Below, piece after piece: positions 49,191 to 64,000 of a stretch of DNA of 64,000 nucleotides (within the stretch, counting starts at the first letter, position 1; every line of letters starts with the position of its first letter). This DNA comes from the human T2T-CHM13v2.0 reference genome, Homo sapiens. The translations under genes and the position numbers were made by a program. The notes beneath the pieces are model-generated. The model ran no database searches. It had not been told where the DNA came from and saw only the letters and a list, made by a program, of their open reading frames with translations. Location of the stretch: assembly GCF_009914755.1 (NCBI RefSeq), contig NC_060927.1; one strand, given 5' to 3'.

Positions 49191-50489
49191 CATAATAAAT
49201 TGCCATTTTTATCCCTTTACATTAGAGTCTTTCCATCTTTCTTTTCTGAATATGTAACTGTTGCTTATATCCATTGGTTCCCACCTTGGTTCAAGAGATA
49301 ACAGGTGGATGTTTGACATTGCTGAGTAGGTCTTTCTCAATCTGTGTGCCCTGTGTCTAGTGTAATATAATGTTATTTGCACTTTTGTCCACAGTGACTC
49401 CATGGTAAAGTACATGACTCAGCATCCCCTTTCTTACAAATGTTAGGGGTGTGCAGTTCTGAGTCCCAGGCTTATTTTCCTCTACAAGTTTTTATTGCAA
49501 AAACCTCTACTCCTTCTTGCCCTTTTACCTTCCCTCCCTTTTCTGTATCCACCCAGAGTTTCATCTTTTTAGACTGTCCATAACAGGATTGATTTGTAGT
49601 TTGTGCATACTGGAACCCAAAATGATGTTGAAATGTATATATTAGTAAATAAAAGACTTGTAGAATTTTGTGTAAAGGGAACTTAAGGTTGAGAAATATT
49701 TTCATGTATTAGCGTTTTTGGCCTTTTTTCTGTACTGCCCCACAAGGAGAAAAAATTAAGTTAAATGTAAATTAATTTAATATTATTTATAATTAAATGA
49801 AAGAGAAAGTAAGAAAATTAAATACTAAGATATAAGATTTTGTTGGGTTGGTTTAGCTTTGGAGGACAAAAACCATGGTAATATCTAAGGTTTCCTTTAT
49901 CCCTCCTCCTTTAACCAATTTTCAACTGCTTGGGGATGTTATTGCCCCTATTCAGAATACATGCTGTATACTATATAAACACACTGTGTGTTAAGAGACT
50001 TGTGTCCTAGTCCAAGCTCCAGTGCTGAATACAAACTCAGTTACTAAATATGGACCTCCTTGTCCTGCCCTCTTCCCTCTGCCCCCAAGATTAGACGAGT
50101 GGTTTTCAAGCTTTTAAAAATTGCTTCTTTCCGCCGATTTTCTTCCTTTGCTTTCTACCGTTCCTTCCCTTTCTCTCTTCCCTACTCCTTTTCTCTTCCC
50201 TCCCTTCATCTCTCTTTTCCTCCATCTTTGTCTTCCTCCCTTGATTTTTGTTATTGACTATATAAACCTTTGTGCAAAGGAAATCTTATTGAGGATCACA
50301 TGATATAAAATGAATAAAAGAAGAGCCTTGGTGGTGGTAGGTAGATACACTGATACTCTTTTACTGTCCTGCCAAACAGGCAAAGGTAGTTTGAAAACCA
50401 CTAGTCTAGAAGAATCATATGTTACGATTCAGTAAGTTGAAAGGCTATTTGGAAAGCATTGGAGAGAAATGTGAATTAATTTTCTAGAC

Positions 50490-50707
50490 CAGGGATCAGA
50501 AACTTTGTTCTGTAAAAGTCCAGATAGTAAATATTTTCAGCTTTGTGGGCATACAATCTCTGTTACCACTACTTAACTCTGTTCCTGTGGTTTGAAAGAA
50601 ACCATAGACAATAGATGAATAGGCATGTCTGTGTTGCTGGAAACATTATTTACAAAAATAGGCAGTGGGACCACTTTGGCCTGAGGGCTATAGTTTGTCA
50701 CCTCCTG
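50490..50707 (+). mobile_element. MER58A (hAT-Charlie)
   Basis: CAGGGATCAGAAAC...GTTTGTCACCTCCTG TIRs; 8-bp TSD (t/g)tctagac. Confidence 0.9.
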
Positions 50708-51521
50708 GTCTAGACTGCCAAACCCTGTTGTATAGAATAGTGCTCTCCAAAATGAGGTGCAAACCATTGCTGATTGCACCCACCTAAGTTAAATAGATTT
50801 TTTTATCATACTTCCCCAACATATGTGTTGGGGAACTAGTTTATTCAAAAATTAAATTCATCGATTTGAATCAAGGAAGTAATTAGAATTATAAAAATTA
50901 CAGTAAGATGCTTCTTATTTTAGTGGATAAGAAAATTTACTTTGTCATATCTGAACATAATAAAATCTCCATAGGGAACTTTAATGATGGTATTCTTTAA
51001 CTATTAGGAAAGGGATGGATGCTGACAGACCTGGTAAAAGAATGACAGAATACTCAGGGAATAAGTAATCTGGTGCTTCAGTGAAGCAATTTCAGGCCCT
51101 CTTTTTCTTGCATTTTAACAAAGAATAGGCAGGTCCTTAGATATTTGTTAATTGAGCAGTTATCCCAAGAGGGTAGTATTACCTTTATAATTTTGTTTAT
51201 ATAAGGTAGTAAACCATTGAGACTACATAGAGTTTGAATCTGGATAACTTTAGATTCTTATATTCTGAAACTAATGGGGGGAAACCCTCTTTTTAGATCC
51301 CATATCATAACTTTTCCATTATAATACCTGAATTCGACTATCATTATTGATAAAATTCCTTAAAAAAAATTGAGGCTATTGTGATTTATCAAACTATCAT
51401 TAGATGAAAGCAGTTTAAGACTGAAAATACATCTACCAGGCTTTAAACTTATTTTTGTGCTGATACGATTTTATAAATTCCAGGTTTCTAAATGAAGTAG
51501 ATAGTGTTCTAGGGCTGTTGT

Positions 51522-52590
51522 TTATATATGTGTGTGTGTATATATATATGTGTGTGTGTATATATATGTGTGTATATATGTCTATGATCATAGACACGTG
51601 TGTATATATGTATATAAACACACATACGTGTATATATGTATATAAACACACATACGTGTATATATGTATATAAACACACATACGTGTATATGTTTATATA
51701 AACACACATACGTGTATATGTGTATATAAACACACATACGTGTATATGTGTATATAAACACATACGTGTATATGTGTATATAAACACACATACGTGTATA
51801 TGTGTATATAAACACACATACGTGTATATGTGTATATAAACACACATACGTGTATATGTGTATATAAACACACATACGTGTATATGTGTATATAAACACA
51901 CATACGTGTATATGTGTATATAAACACACATACGTGTATATGTGTATATAAACACACATACGTGTATATGTGTATATAAACACACATACGTGTATATGTG
52001 TATATAAACACACATACGTGTATATGTGTATATAAACACACATACGTGTATATGTGTATATAAACACACATACGTGTATATGTGTATATAAACACACATA
52101 CGTGTATATGTGTATATAAACACACATACGTGTATATGTGTATATAAACACACATACGTGTATATGTGTATATAAACACATACGTGTATATGTGTATATA
52201 AACACGTGTATATGTGTATATAAACACATACGTGTATATGTGTATATAAACATACGTGTATATATGTATATAAACATACATACGTGTATATATGTATATA
52301 AACATATGTGTATGTGTAAACATACATATATGTGTATAATGTATACACACATACACGTATATGTGTATGTATGTATATAAACATACACGTATATGTGTAT
52401 GTATGTATATAAACATACACGTATATGTGTATGTATGTATATAAACATACACGTATATGTGTATGTATGTATATAAACATACACACGTATATGTGTATGT
52501 ATGTATATATATACACATATACACACGTATATGTGTATGTATGTATGTATATACACATATACACACGTATATGTGTATGTATATACATAA
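51522..52590. repeat. VNTR: ~25 copies of 28-bp TACGTGTATATGTGTATATAAACACACA grading into 32-bp ACATACACGTATATGTGTATGTATGTATATAA
   Basis: Period 28 (e.g. 51841 to 51869) and period 32 (52381 to 52413) read directly. Confidence 0.95.
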
Positions 52591-52759
52591 TTATATTCAC
52601 AAACACACATTTTTTAGAGTAACCTTTCCTTGCCTTTTAATTGTGTGTGTGTGTGTTTTTTGTTTTTTTTTTTTAGAGCTGTCAAATTTTAAGGAGGTAA
52701 GTTTCTGGTTGTGATTGAAAGCACTGTGTGGGAGTTAATATGCCTAGTCAAAATATTTT

Positions 52760-53470
52760 TGAAACTCTTTATTTGATACAATTTCACATTAACAAAGAAG
52801 TTGCAAGAAGAGCATAAAGAACTTGTATATGCCCTTTATCCAGACTCATCAATTGTTTACATTTTGCCCCATTTGCTTTATCAAATTCTCTTTGTTTCTC
52901 TCTGACTACACACATGTATATTTGTCTGAACCAGTGAAGAGTAAGTTGCAGGCACCAGTCTCTTTAGCCCTAATATTTCTGTGTAAGAATTTTTTACATA
53001 GCTAAAGTACAATAATCAAAATTAAGAAATTTAACATTCGTACAATATGATTTTCTAAGCCGGAGTTCATAGTCCAGCAGTCCATGGTCCCAGTTAATGT
53101 CATATTCCTATTGATGCATCAATCACAGCTCCCCTTCACCTAGGATGCGATCTAGGATCATATACTGCAGTTAGTTGTCATGTCTTTTTAAGTTTCCTTT
53201 AATATAGAGCAGTATCTCAGTTTTTATTTGTCTTTCATTACCTTGATATTTTTTAAGGTATAGCCTGGTTGTTTTATACTGTGTGCCTCAATTTGGGTTT
53301 GTCTAATGTTTCTTCATGATTGGAATCAGGTTGTGTATTTCTTTCTTTCTTTTTTGCCAGGAATACCAAAAAAGTGGTATCATGTCCTGTTTAGTACATC
53401 ATATCAGAAATCACAGGATGTTGGTTTGCCCCATTAATGGCAATGTTAACTTTGATCATTTCATGAAGGT
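52760..53470 (-). mobile_element. L1MC/L1ME 3' end
   Basis: ccctttatccagactcatcaattgtttacattttgccccatttgc; gcagttagttgtcatgtctt. Confidence 0.75.
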
Positions 53471-54248
53471 CCAATTAAAATCTGATTTGGCAGTCTAAGC
53501 AAAGATAATTTTTATAGTGGTAATATTTCTAAAGCCCACGTTTCTTCCTCAATAAATTACGTGCTTTATTTTCTCCATATATGTTCCTTCTTCCTCATTT
53601 GGGAAACAAAACAAAACAACAGGGTCTTGTTTAATATGGTGAAGCAACAGAGTGAAGTTAAGTGAATAAAATAAAACATATCATTCTGCTACAGCAATTT
53701 TAGGAAGTTTATTATTCATAGTCTGTATACATACTGTCTTATTAGAAGATGCTATATTTTAAAACTTACCTAAAGAGTTGTTATGATACAGAATTTTAAT
53801 ATTTTTGTTTTCTTAAGAGTTTTCATATTTTATTCCTTTTCTCTTGCAGTACTGCACCCTATTCATATGATTACTCTCATTGTTTTTATTACCGCTCTTC
53901 CATATCAAATCTGGAATACTTCATTATTTGTATACTCCTCTTAGATAAATTGTAAATTATGAAACATAAATACAAAAAGCATGACATGATATTAGATAAA
54001 TACATGGATTCAAGGTGAGTTGTATTTTAAGATGAGAAGGACTGTCACACGTCCTTTCTCCTGCCTTCAAAGAAAGTTTTCCTGAAGGATTAGAATGTAT
54101 ACTTTTAAACTCCTTGACACAAGAAAATTCCAGTCTCCTTTAGAAGCCTATTCTCGTGTTTAGCACACTATAGAAATGCTTTCCTGTAGTTAGCCTAAAT
54201 CTGTTGTCCTATTTCTTGGCTGTAGATGAAGAATAACTAGTCGTTAGC

Positions 54249-54543
54249 TTTTTTTTTTTTTTTTTTTTTTGAGACAGTCTTCACTCTGTCACCCAGTCTG
54301 GAATGCAGTCGTGCAATCTCAGCTCACTACAGCCCCAACTTCAAGCCATCCTTCCGCCTCAGCCTCCTAGGTAGCTGGGATTACAGGTGCGTGCCACCAC
54401 ACCCGTCTAATTTTTGTATTTTTAATAGAGATGGGGTTTCACCATGTTGCCAAGGCTGGTCTCAAACTCCTGCACTCAAGCGATCATCCCACCTCTGCCT
54501 CCCATATCGCTGGGACTACAGGTGTGAGCTACCATGCCCGACC
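54249..54543 (-). mobile_element. Alu (J/S), antisense, internal deletion
   Basis: T22 tail + Alu dimer. Confidence 0.92.
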
Positions 54544-56852
54544 AAGTTATTTTATGTAGTTATTTCTACATAAAATGGCTTCAAAATTACTAAGGCCCAC
54601 ATCCTGAATAAATGACTTTTATTTGAAGTTAGCATTTTCTAATTCTCTGGTCACGTGTGTAACTCGCTTGTGGCCATGATGCTGCTCTTTAGAAATCCAG
54701 GATTGGACAAGGTCTAATATGGTCCTTTTATTTTTGGGTCTCAACTTTTATGTTTTTAAAATTATAGTATGCTGCATTGCCTTTGATCAAAGCAACAAGC
54801 AGTAATATATTATTTCTTTTGAGTCAGAGTATTATTGAGACATGCTGACTATATTGAAGTTTTTTAGAAAATTGGGCTGGAGGGAAAGTGAAAATCTGTA
54901 GTTTTACATGTCTATTTAATTTTCACTTTGTTATTTCCCAAATCATTCAAGAGTCTATTACTTTACCGTACTTTTAATACAGAATTACTACTAACTCTTC
55001 AAGCACAATATAAAATTCTGAATGAAAGAACAAAGAAAAGTGAAAAATAGTAAAACAGCATGAAAAATAGAGACTTATTAAAATAAGACAGTAGGAGTGA
55101 GATTATTCTTTTACCCATAGGCTAAAATGTCACTTGTTGTTACTTTTTTTCTGTTTTAATGTTTTGAATTTCAGCACTGATGATTTATCTCTATATTAAT
55201 AGAAAGCTAATTGAAAACAGCTTGCTATATGTTTTTGTTTAGTACTTTGGCTTTATGTAATTTTACCAGCATATGTTTTGCTAAATTCTTAAAATAGTAG
55301 TCTAAAATCTACAGTGCATTTTTGTGATTTATATTTACTTTAAAAAGATATATATATTTAAAACCATAAATGGCTTAGAGAAATAAAATTATAACTGATC
55401 AAATCTTAACATTTAGTTTAAGTAAACTTAATACATTTTATCGTATCTAACAAAAAGTAGTCCCATATTTTTGACAATTCTTTTTTCTTATCAGTTCCTT
55501 TTCACAAAAGTAAATATATGGGAAATTATAAGAAAAGCATGTTACTTGACAGGTGGGGATAGTCACCACCATACTCACAAGAACATCTGTGAACACGTTG
55601 CTTGAAATTAGATGTTTACATTGAAATTGTTGACTATACGCTTTCTATAAACAAGTATATAGAACCTTGGGTTTCAGTGTCCAAGGACAGTGCTCTAGAG
55701 ATACGTAGAAGTGAACTATGGCTTGTATTATAACACCTGCTCAATATCTTAAGTTAGTATTGAACTTTAAGAATGAAGTCATGTTTTAGCCTATGTCTGG
55801 GGAGCACGGCATAATTTTAGATAATCTTGCCCTCCTCAGAGAGAATGGTAGTCACTGAATCTAACCAGATAATGCTTGGCAAAATGATCTACTCATAACC
55901 AAGTAATCACAGCACTTCAGGTGAGAAACTGGGCTCAGTAACTCATGCCTCTTTACAAAAATCAGATTTATACTTATATGACATGTTTTTACTACCCATG
56001 AAGATATTTTAAATGTTTTGGTTGTCCTTGGAGTGGTGTTGCATGAAGCTTTGAGCTTCGTCCTCAGTGTTAGAAAAAGAATGTTTCTAATTGACTAAAG
56101 GAAACAATGTTGATTGAGTTACTGAATGAATAATAAAAAACAGAAATGGAATCCAGTAAATTGTGACCCTCTCATTCTTTTCCTTTCAGCAATGTGATTG
56201 CGACCTTAAAAAAAGACACAAACTGACTGTTGCAAGTGAGAAGGGAAAGACATAAATTCCTTTCCAACATTTTCCTATTACTTCTTTGACACTATCATCT
56301 TCAGAGTAGACTCAGATATTCCCACCACCAGTGGTTTTTTATTTGTTTATTTGTTTTTATATCAGTGGGCCAAAGCCGTCTATATTTTCCTGAAATTATT
56401 ATAGCATAGTTAAACTTAGTAGGAAGCTATCAGTTTGGTGTCTTTGTGGTTACTCTTAGATATTTTCTAGTGATTGCAATTGTCTTGTTAACAGCAGGTC
56501 TGAAGTGATGATCAAAACTGGAGAAACTGATTGTTATGAGAGTTAAGAAAAACATTAGGAATCTGAGTTAATGAAATAACTCATGATTATCTAAGTTTAA
56601 TACAAGCACTTGTGTAGTATCAAAGTGAAAAGAAGTTTCCTGTTTTGTATTTAGAGTGTTTTAATTCGATCTTAAAGCATTTAAGCTTCTGCAAAGCATT
56701 AATTTTGGCATTCTTTTCATGATAAATGCTATGTGTTTTAGAGAAATCAATATTCAAATTTGCTTCAAAGAATTCATGAAGAGAAACATAATGAAATCTT
56801 GATATATTATATACAAAAGACAATCCCTGATCATTTCTTTTTATGCAAATGA

Positions 56853-56979
56853 GTTTGATTTAGACATAATTCCCCAACATCACCATGAATTTCCATCTGT
56901 GTAACCCTGATGTTCTTAAGCAGTCTGCAGTTACCTCATGCTCTGGGCTATATTCATTCTCCATGTATGGAAACTGTGA
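56853..56979 (+). repeat. Left arm of 127-bp inverted repeat
   Basis: Reverse complement of 58060-58187 with 7 substitutions + 1 indel. Confidence 0.95.
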
Positions 56980-58059
56980 CTATCTTAACACTTTAGATGA
57001 TGATATGAATAACAATTGTTTGTTGATCTTATTCTCTATCTCCCTGGATAACCTGCTGTCTGCAAAGGCTGAATAAGTGGCAGATAGCTTTTGTCATCCC
57101 TTATCCAAGCTGTACACTTGTAAGGAAGAGCAGGGATAATCGCCTCAATCTAATTAGGGGTTAAAAGAGGCCATGACTGTGATGTGACAGTGAGACACCT
57201 TACTGTAGCAATCCTGTTTGCATTAGAAAAATAAGGTTGTCATATTGATTATTCAAATTGGTTTGTATCAGCCAAGTCTCAATGGCTTGTATTGCAGCTG
57301 AAGCAGTTGAAGATCCCAGCTATTCACAAGAAGACCTGTGCTATAGCATATATTATATTGTGGCTTGTTTGATAATTTGGGGTTTTAGTAATGAAGACAG
57401 AGTTTAATCGGGAGATTTAAAGGTTAAACTGATAATCAGAAACTGAAGTTTAGCTTCCACCTTGTGATAGCAATGATTATGTAAATTTTGTAGTGATATT
57501 TTAGGTCTCTAACTGAAGATATATAAAAAGCATTATTTAGAACTTCTTTAGTCATTTGATGATTCATGTTTTGATGGTTAGATGTTACAAAAAAGGTAAT
57601 TGATATTAGTGATGGTTTAATGATATCATTGAAATGAATGAGACTTTATTGGAACTTATATAGGAAATTATTGGTCTTAGTATAGTTTTTGTTGTTCTTC
57701 CTCATATTTTTTTTAAAAAGGATATATAACTTATAGGCAGAGGCTGACATTTGTCTCTTCTGTCTTTCTGTTGCCCTCCCCAATCCTCTTCTCCCTGTTC
57801 CTCTTTTCTTCACTTAAATATTTTGGTCTTTGTATATATTCTTCGAACTGAAATAATCATGGTGACAAATAGAAACAAACGAAGATTTTTTATTGTACAA
57901 ATCTTTAATCACTCTTTCTTAAATGTCCTAGTTAGTCGTGAGTCCATTTAACTGTAAGTTCCTATGCATGGATGGCCTATATTTTGATATGTATATTCAG
58001 TCTCTGTAGACATTGAATACTTTTTAATGAAACCTCTGTTATAGAACCAATATAGCCAA

Positions 58060-58187
58060 TCACAGTTTCCATACATGCAAGGTGAATATAGCCCAGAGCA
58101 TGAGGTAACTGCCGACTGCTTAAGAACAGCAGGGTTACACAGATGGAAATTCATGGTGATGTTGGGGGAATTATGTTTAAATCAAAC
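58060..58187 (-). repeat. Right arm of 127-bp inverted repeat
   Basis: See left arm; near-identical ORF translations MNFHLCNP.VLKQSAVTSCSGLYS on opposite strands. Confidence 0.95.
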
Positions 58188-58504
58188 ATAATATAATAGC
58201 CACCACCCAGTAGTAGTGAGCGATTTTTCTTTTGAGTTTTGTTTTTTCCATTCTGAGTGTCACTATGATGCATAGAGTTGTTTTTATTTAGTTTTTAAAC
58301 TAATGAACTCATTAGTTTAAAAATGATTTTTTACATTCTGTCCCAGTCTCAGGTTGAACATTGTTTGTCCTAGAGTCTGGAATCAGCCACTTATGCAAAT
58401 AACCCTGATTACTTTTGGTCAGAAATGATATTTAGAGATCAGAATATGATGCCAGTAGTACAAGGGATGCCGTTGCTTTAGTTCAGTGGACAGTAGTAGA
58501 AAAA

Positions 58505-58650
58505 TATTATTTCACTGAATCTAAGATGTGGTCAATTATAGTTATATGTGTTACTAGGAAAGAAAAAAACAGTGCCAATTAATTTTAAGACCCCAGCTAA
58601 TGCAAGATGCATCTTTATTTCAGATATGTTAGGATACAAATAGAATACAA
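58505..58650. mobile_element. Probable MER104/Kanga-like TcMar-Tc2 fragment
   Basis: tatttcactgaatctaagatg...gcaagatgcatctttatttcagatatgtta. Confidence 0.4.
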
Positions 58651-58943
58651 AATGTGCATATGCTATGGCATATGTCATACAAAATGATGAGTTCGTATAT
58701 ATTTTAAACTGAAACTTAACACTACAGAATTTTTACTTAAGATTAAATTTTTACATATAATTTTCTCCTTCAGTGAATGTCTGTATTTCTTCTAATAACA
58801 AACATTAACATAGTTATATATTTGCTTTGTTGCATGGTATGTATAAAATGGTTTTTAAAATAATGTTTTTCAGTTTATAAACAAGATGCAAAAAGTATAA
58901 ATAGAACTTTAGCAAATAATCCAGCAATTAGAAAAATAAACCA

Positions 58944-59295
<352 letters not shown>

Positions 59296-59822
59296 TCAAT
59301 ATTGTGAAATTTGTTAATATAATTAATTGTAGTAATAGTTCAAGAGAGTTTGTCTACCCTTCTCATTTGTTATTTTTGATTATATAATTTAGAGTTAAAA
59401 TCCAGTTTAGTGCTATTATGTGATTTTTAAAATAAAGGTACGTCTTTATTGAGGTGTAATTTACTTGTGGTGAAATGCACAGATCTTACATATAGAATTC
59501 AGTCAGTTTTAACATTCATTCGTGTAACCCACACCTTATCTCTTTTAAAAGTTTGTTTGTGCTTTTCTTTGCAGTCAGTCCTGGCCCCCAGCATCCAGAA
59601 GCAACAACTGCTCTGATTTCACTTACAATAGATTAGTTCTAGAACTTCATATAAATGGAATCATAGAGTATATATGCTTTTCCATCTGGCTTTTTTTGCT
59701 CAGCATAATGTTTGAGATTTATCCATGTTGCATGCTGTTGCATGTATTGGTAGTTTATTCCTTTTATTGATGAGTAGTATTCCATTGAATGAATGAACCA
59801 CAATTTATTCTCCTATTGAAGA

Positions 59823-60252
59823 TGGGAAAAGTCAAATAAAATATGTAGAGATGTTGTATTTGGGAAAGAAAGAATTGCTATCCCTGCAGACTGGGTGGTC
59901 TTGCATATGTCCAAACAACAAAGAGGAGGTTGGGGGTTTTATAAAAAGAAGAGATGTTATGTATTGTTTCTCCAGAAAGTTCATTGGCAGTAGTAAAGTT
60001 ACGGGGAGCTGCCAGTCTCTGATTGGTGAATGATGGTAGTGGATAAAACTAGTCTTAGAATTGCAGCAGGTTTCAGAAGCCATTAGATAAAACTGGTTTT
60101 AGGTTACAGGAGGCAGTTTCAACACTCAGGCTTACCAAGAATTATATTCTTGAAACAACATTATGTGTCAAGCGCTTTATCCCTCTGGCTTCTTGACTCT
60201 CTTTCAGTTATGTATGACAAGAATGACCTAAATCTTGTGATCAGCTTTGACA
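59823..60252 (-). mobile_element. MER31-like ERV1 solo LTR
   Basis: Minus strand begins TGTCAAAGCTGATCAC...GGTCATTCTTGTCATAC...GAGTCAAGAAGCCAG; internal CCAATCAG. Confidence 0.75.
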
Positions 60253-60787
60253 AAGGATATTTCAATTATTTTTACTTTGAGGCTATTATGACAAATGCTA
60301 CCATGGACTGTCTTATACAAGTCTTTGCGGAGAGATGTGTTTAATATCTCATGAGTAAACACCTAACAGTCAGTTTTTGGCTAATGAGAATAAAGCAGCT
60401 TTGAACACTTACATACATGTCTCTGGAAGGACATATGTTTTCATTATTTTTGAGTAAATACCTAGCAGTGGAATGGGTGGGTTTGATAGTAAAGGTATGT
60501 TTCATTGCTAAATGTTTTTCTACAGTTGTTGTAGTTTATATTCCCATAAGCAATGCATGTTCCAGCAAAAAGTTTCAGGTGTTGCACATCTTCACCAACA
60601 TTTGGTGTTGTCAGTCCTTTGAATTCCAACTATTCTAATGGATTTGAAGTGGTATTTTGATGTTTAGTTTGCACTTTTCTGACAACTAATGATGTTAAAT
60701 AGTTTTCAATGTGCTCATTGGCCATTTATATATTTTCCCTTGTATAATAATTGTTCAAGCCTTTTGTCCACTTAAAAAAATGGTTCA

Positions 60788-62838
<2,051 letters not shown>

Positions 62839-63723
62839 TGGTTCACCTTTTCATTATAGGGTACTGGAATTTCTTCTATATTCTGGGTTTAATTCTTTGG
62901 TCAGATATGTGTTGTGAATGTTTTCTCCCAGTTTGTGGCTTGCCTATTTATTTTCTTAACAATAAAAGAAAGAATAATAGAAATTTTTAGATGAATAGAA
63001 GTTTTACCATTTGAATGTTTAGTGCTTGTGCTTTTTTCTAAAAAGCTTGAATTAGCTTTTCAAGTTCCAAAAAAACAACTTGTTTGTACTTTGATTGGAA
63101 TTACATCGTATCTGTAGATTTGTTTGGTGGGAACTGATTCCTGTAATATATTTGTCTTTACCATCCATAGGCATACTATAGTCTTCATTTATTTATGAGT
63201 TTTAAAATATCTTTATAAAAACCAACTTTTTTCTATAAATATCTTGAATGTATTTTGTTGAATTGTTGCCTGTCTGCCTATTACAGTTATTATTTTTTAT
63301 CACTCATATCTTTGTCATGTTTGGGATTTGAATGGGAATTCTGCTAATATTTTATCATTGAATATAATTTTGTTCTTGGTTTTTGGTAGATAACCTTTCC
63401 TACTAATAAAGTTTTCTTCAATTCTTAGTTGGGGAAGGATTTTTTAGAAAATTTACATATTTCATATTTATCAAAGATTTTTTTCTATATCAATTGAAAT
63501 TTTTGTAGTTTTTAAACCCAGGAATGGGGTAAATAATATTAATAGATTTTCTGTTATTAATCTGTCCTGACATTATTGAGATAAACCTGGCTTATTCATG
63601 ATGTATAATCTTTTTGAATACATTGCTGGATTTGGTTTATTTACTTAATGATTTTTAACAATCTTCCTGGGTGAGATTTACGCGTAATTTTTCTTTCCTG
63701 TTCTCTCTTTCCCCAGATTTAGT

Positions 63724-64000
63724 ATAGTAGTCTTCTCTTTATCTGTGGTTTTGCTTTCCAGGATTTCAGTTACCCATGGTCAACAGTGGTCTGAAAATAT
63801 TAAGTGAAAATTTTCAGTAAATAACAAGTTATAAGTTTTAAGTGGCATGCTGTTCTGAGAATTTTGATGAAAATCTTCACTGTCTCACTTTCATTCTCTG
63901 TGAATCAACATATTCATGCTGTATGTGCTACCAGCCTGTTAGTTAGTAGCAATCTTACTTATCAGATTGACAGATCACAAGAAGGATGAATACAATATAC
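63724..64000 (+). mobile_element. MER44/Tigger7-family element, truncated by window end
   Basis: agtagtcttctctttatctgtggttttgctttccaggatttcagttacccatggtcaacagtggtctgaaaatatt. Confidence 0.8.

Noticed and set aside
51595-52300. CRISPR-like regular 28-bp repeats
   Set aside because: Head-to-tail tandem units with no unique spacers, in mammalian DNA
51509-52610. Three overlapping 290-365 aa ORFs on the minus strand
   Set aside because: Artefact of a 28-bp RY-alternating repeat that lacks stop codons on that strand; low-complexity Y/I/H/T/C/V translation
56885-58154. Two near-identical small proteins (MNFHLCNP...) on opposite strands
   Set aside because: Consequence of the DNA inverted repeat; similarity ends at the arm boundary; no promoter or splice support
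56853-58187. Inverted arms as TIRs of a DNA transposon
   Set aside because: No flanking TSD, termini unlike hAT/TcMar/piggyBac ends, no transposase remnant seen; a Dfam search would be needed to exclude it fully

Overview
Primate (almost certainly human) AT-rich intronic DNA. The only coding sequence I can support is one 174-nt RS/charged-rich exon (25823-25996, + strand). I recognise its translation from memory as an internal exon (probably exon 4) of RSRC1 (SRrp53), the gene next to SHOX2. The rest is very long intron containing three L1PA elements, about 12 Alu/FLAM copies, THE1A/MST/MER31-type solo LTRs, hAT and Tc1-mariner fossils, old L1M/L2/MIR, microsatellites and a ~1 kb 28-bp VNTR. 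All long ORFs in the track are L1 ORF2 debris or repeat artefacts. The most notable structures are: (1) a non-repeat-looking 127-bp inverted-repeat pair enclosing 1.08 kb (56853-58187); (2) an L1PA4-like insertion with an intact 5' end, a ~1.7-kb internal deletion and a ~113-bp 3' transduction inside its TSD; (3) a twin-primed L1 with a 27-bp junction duplication; (4) a (UG)nUn-flanked candidate poison micro-exon; (5) a VNTR made of HRE-like TACGTG units. Repeat subfamily names are from memory of consensus sequences, and boundaries of old repeats are approximate. I see no clear evidence of a wholly new multi-component system.
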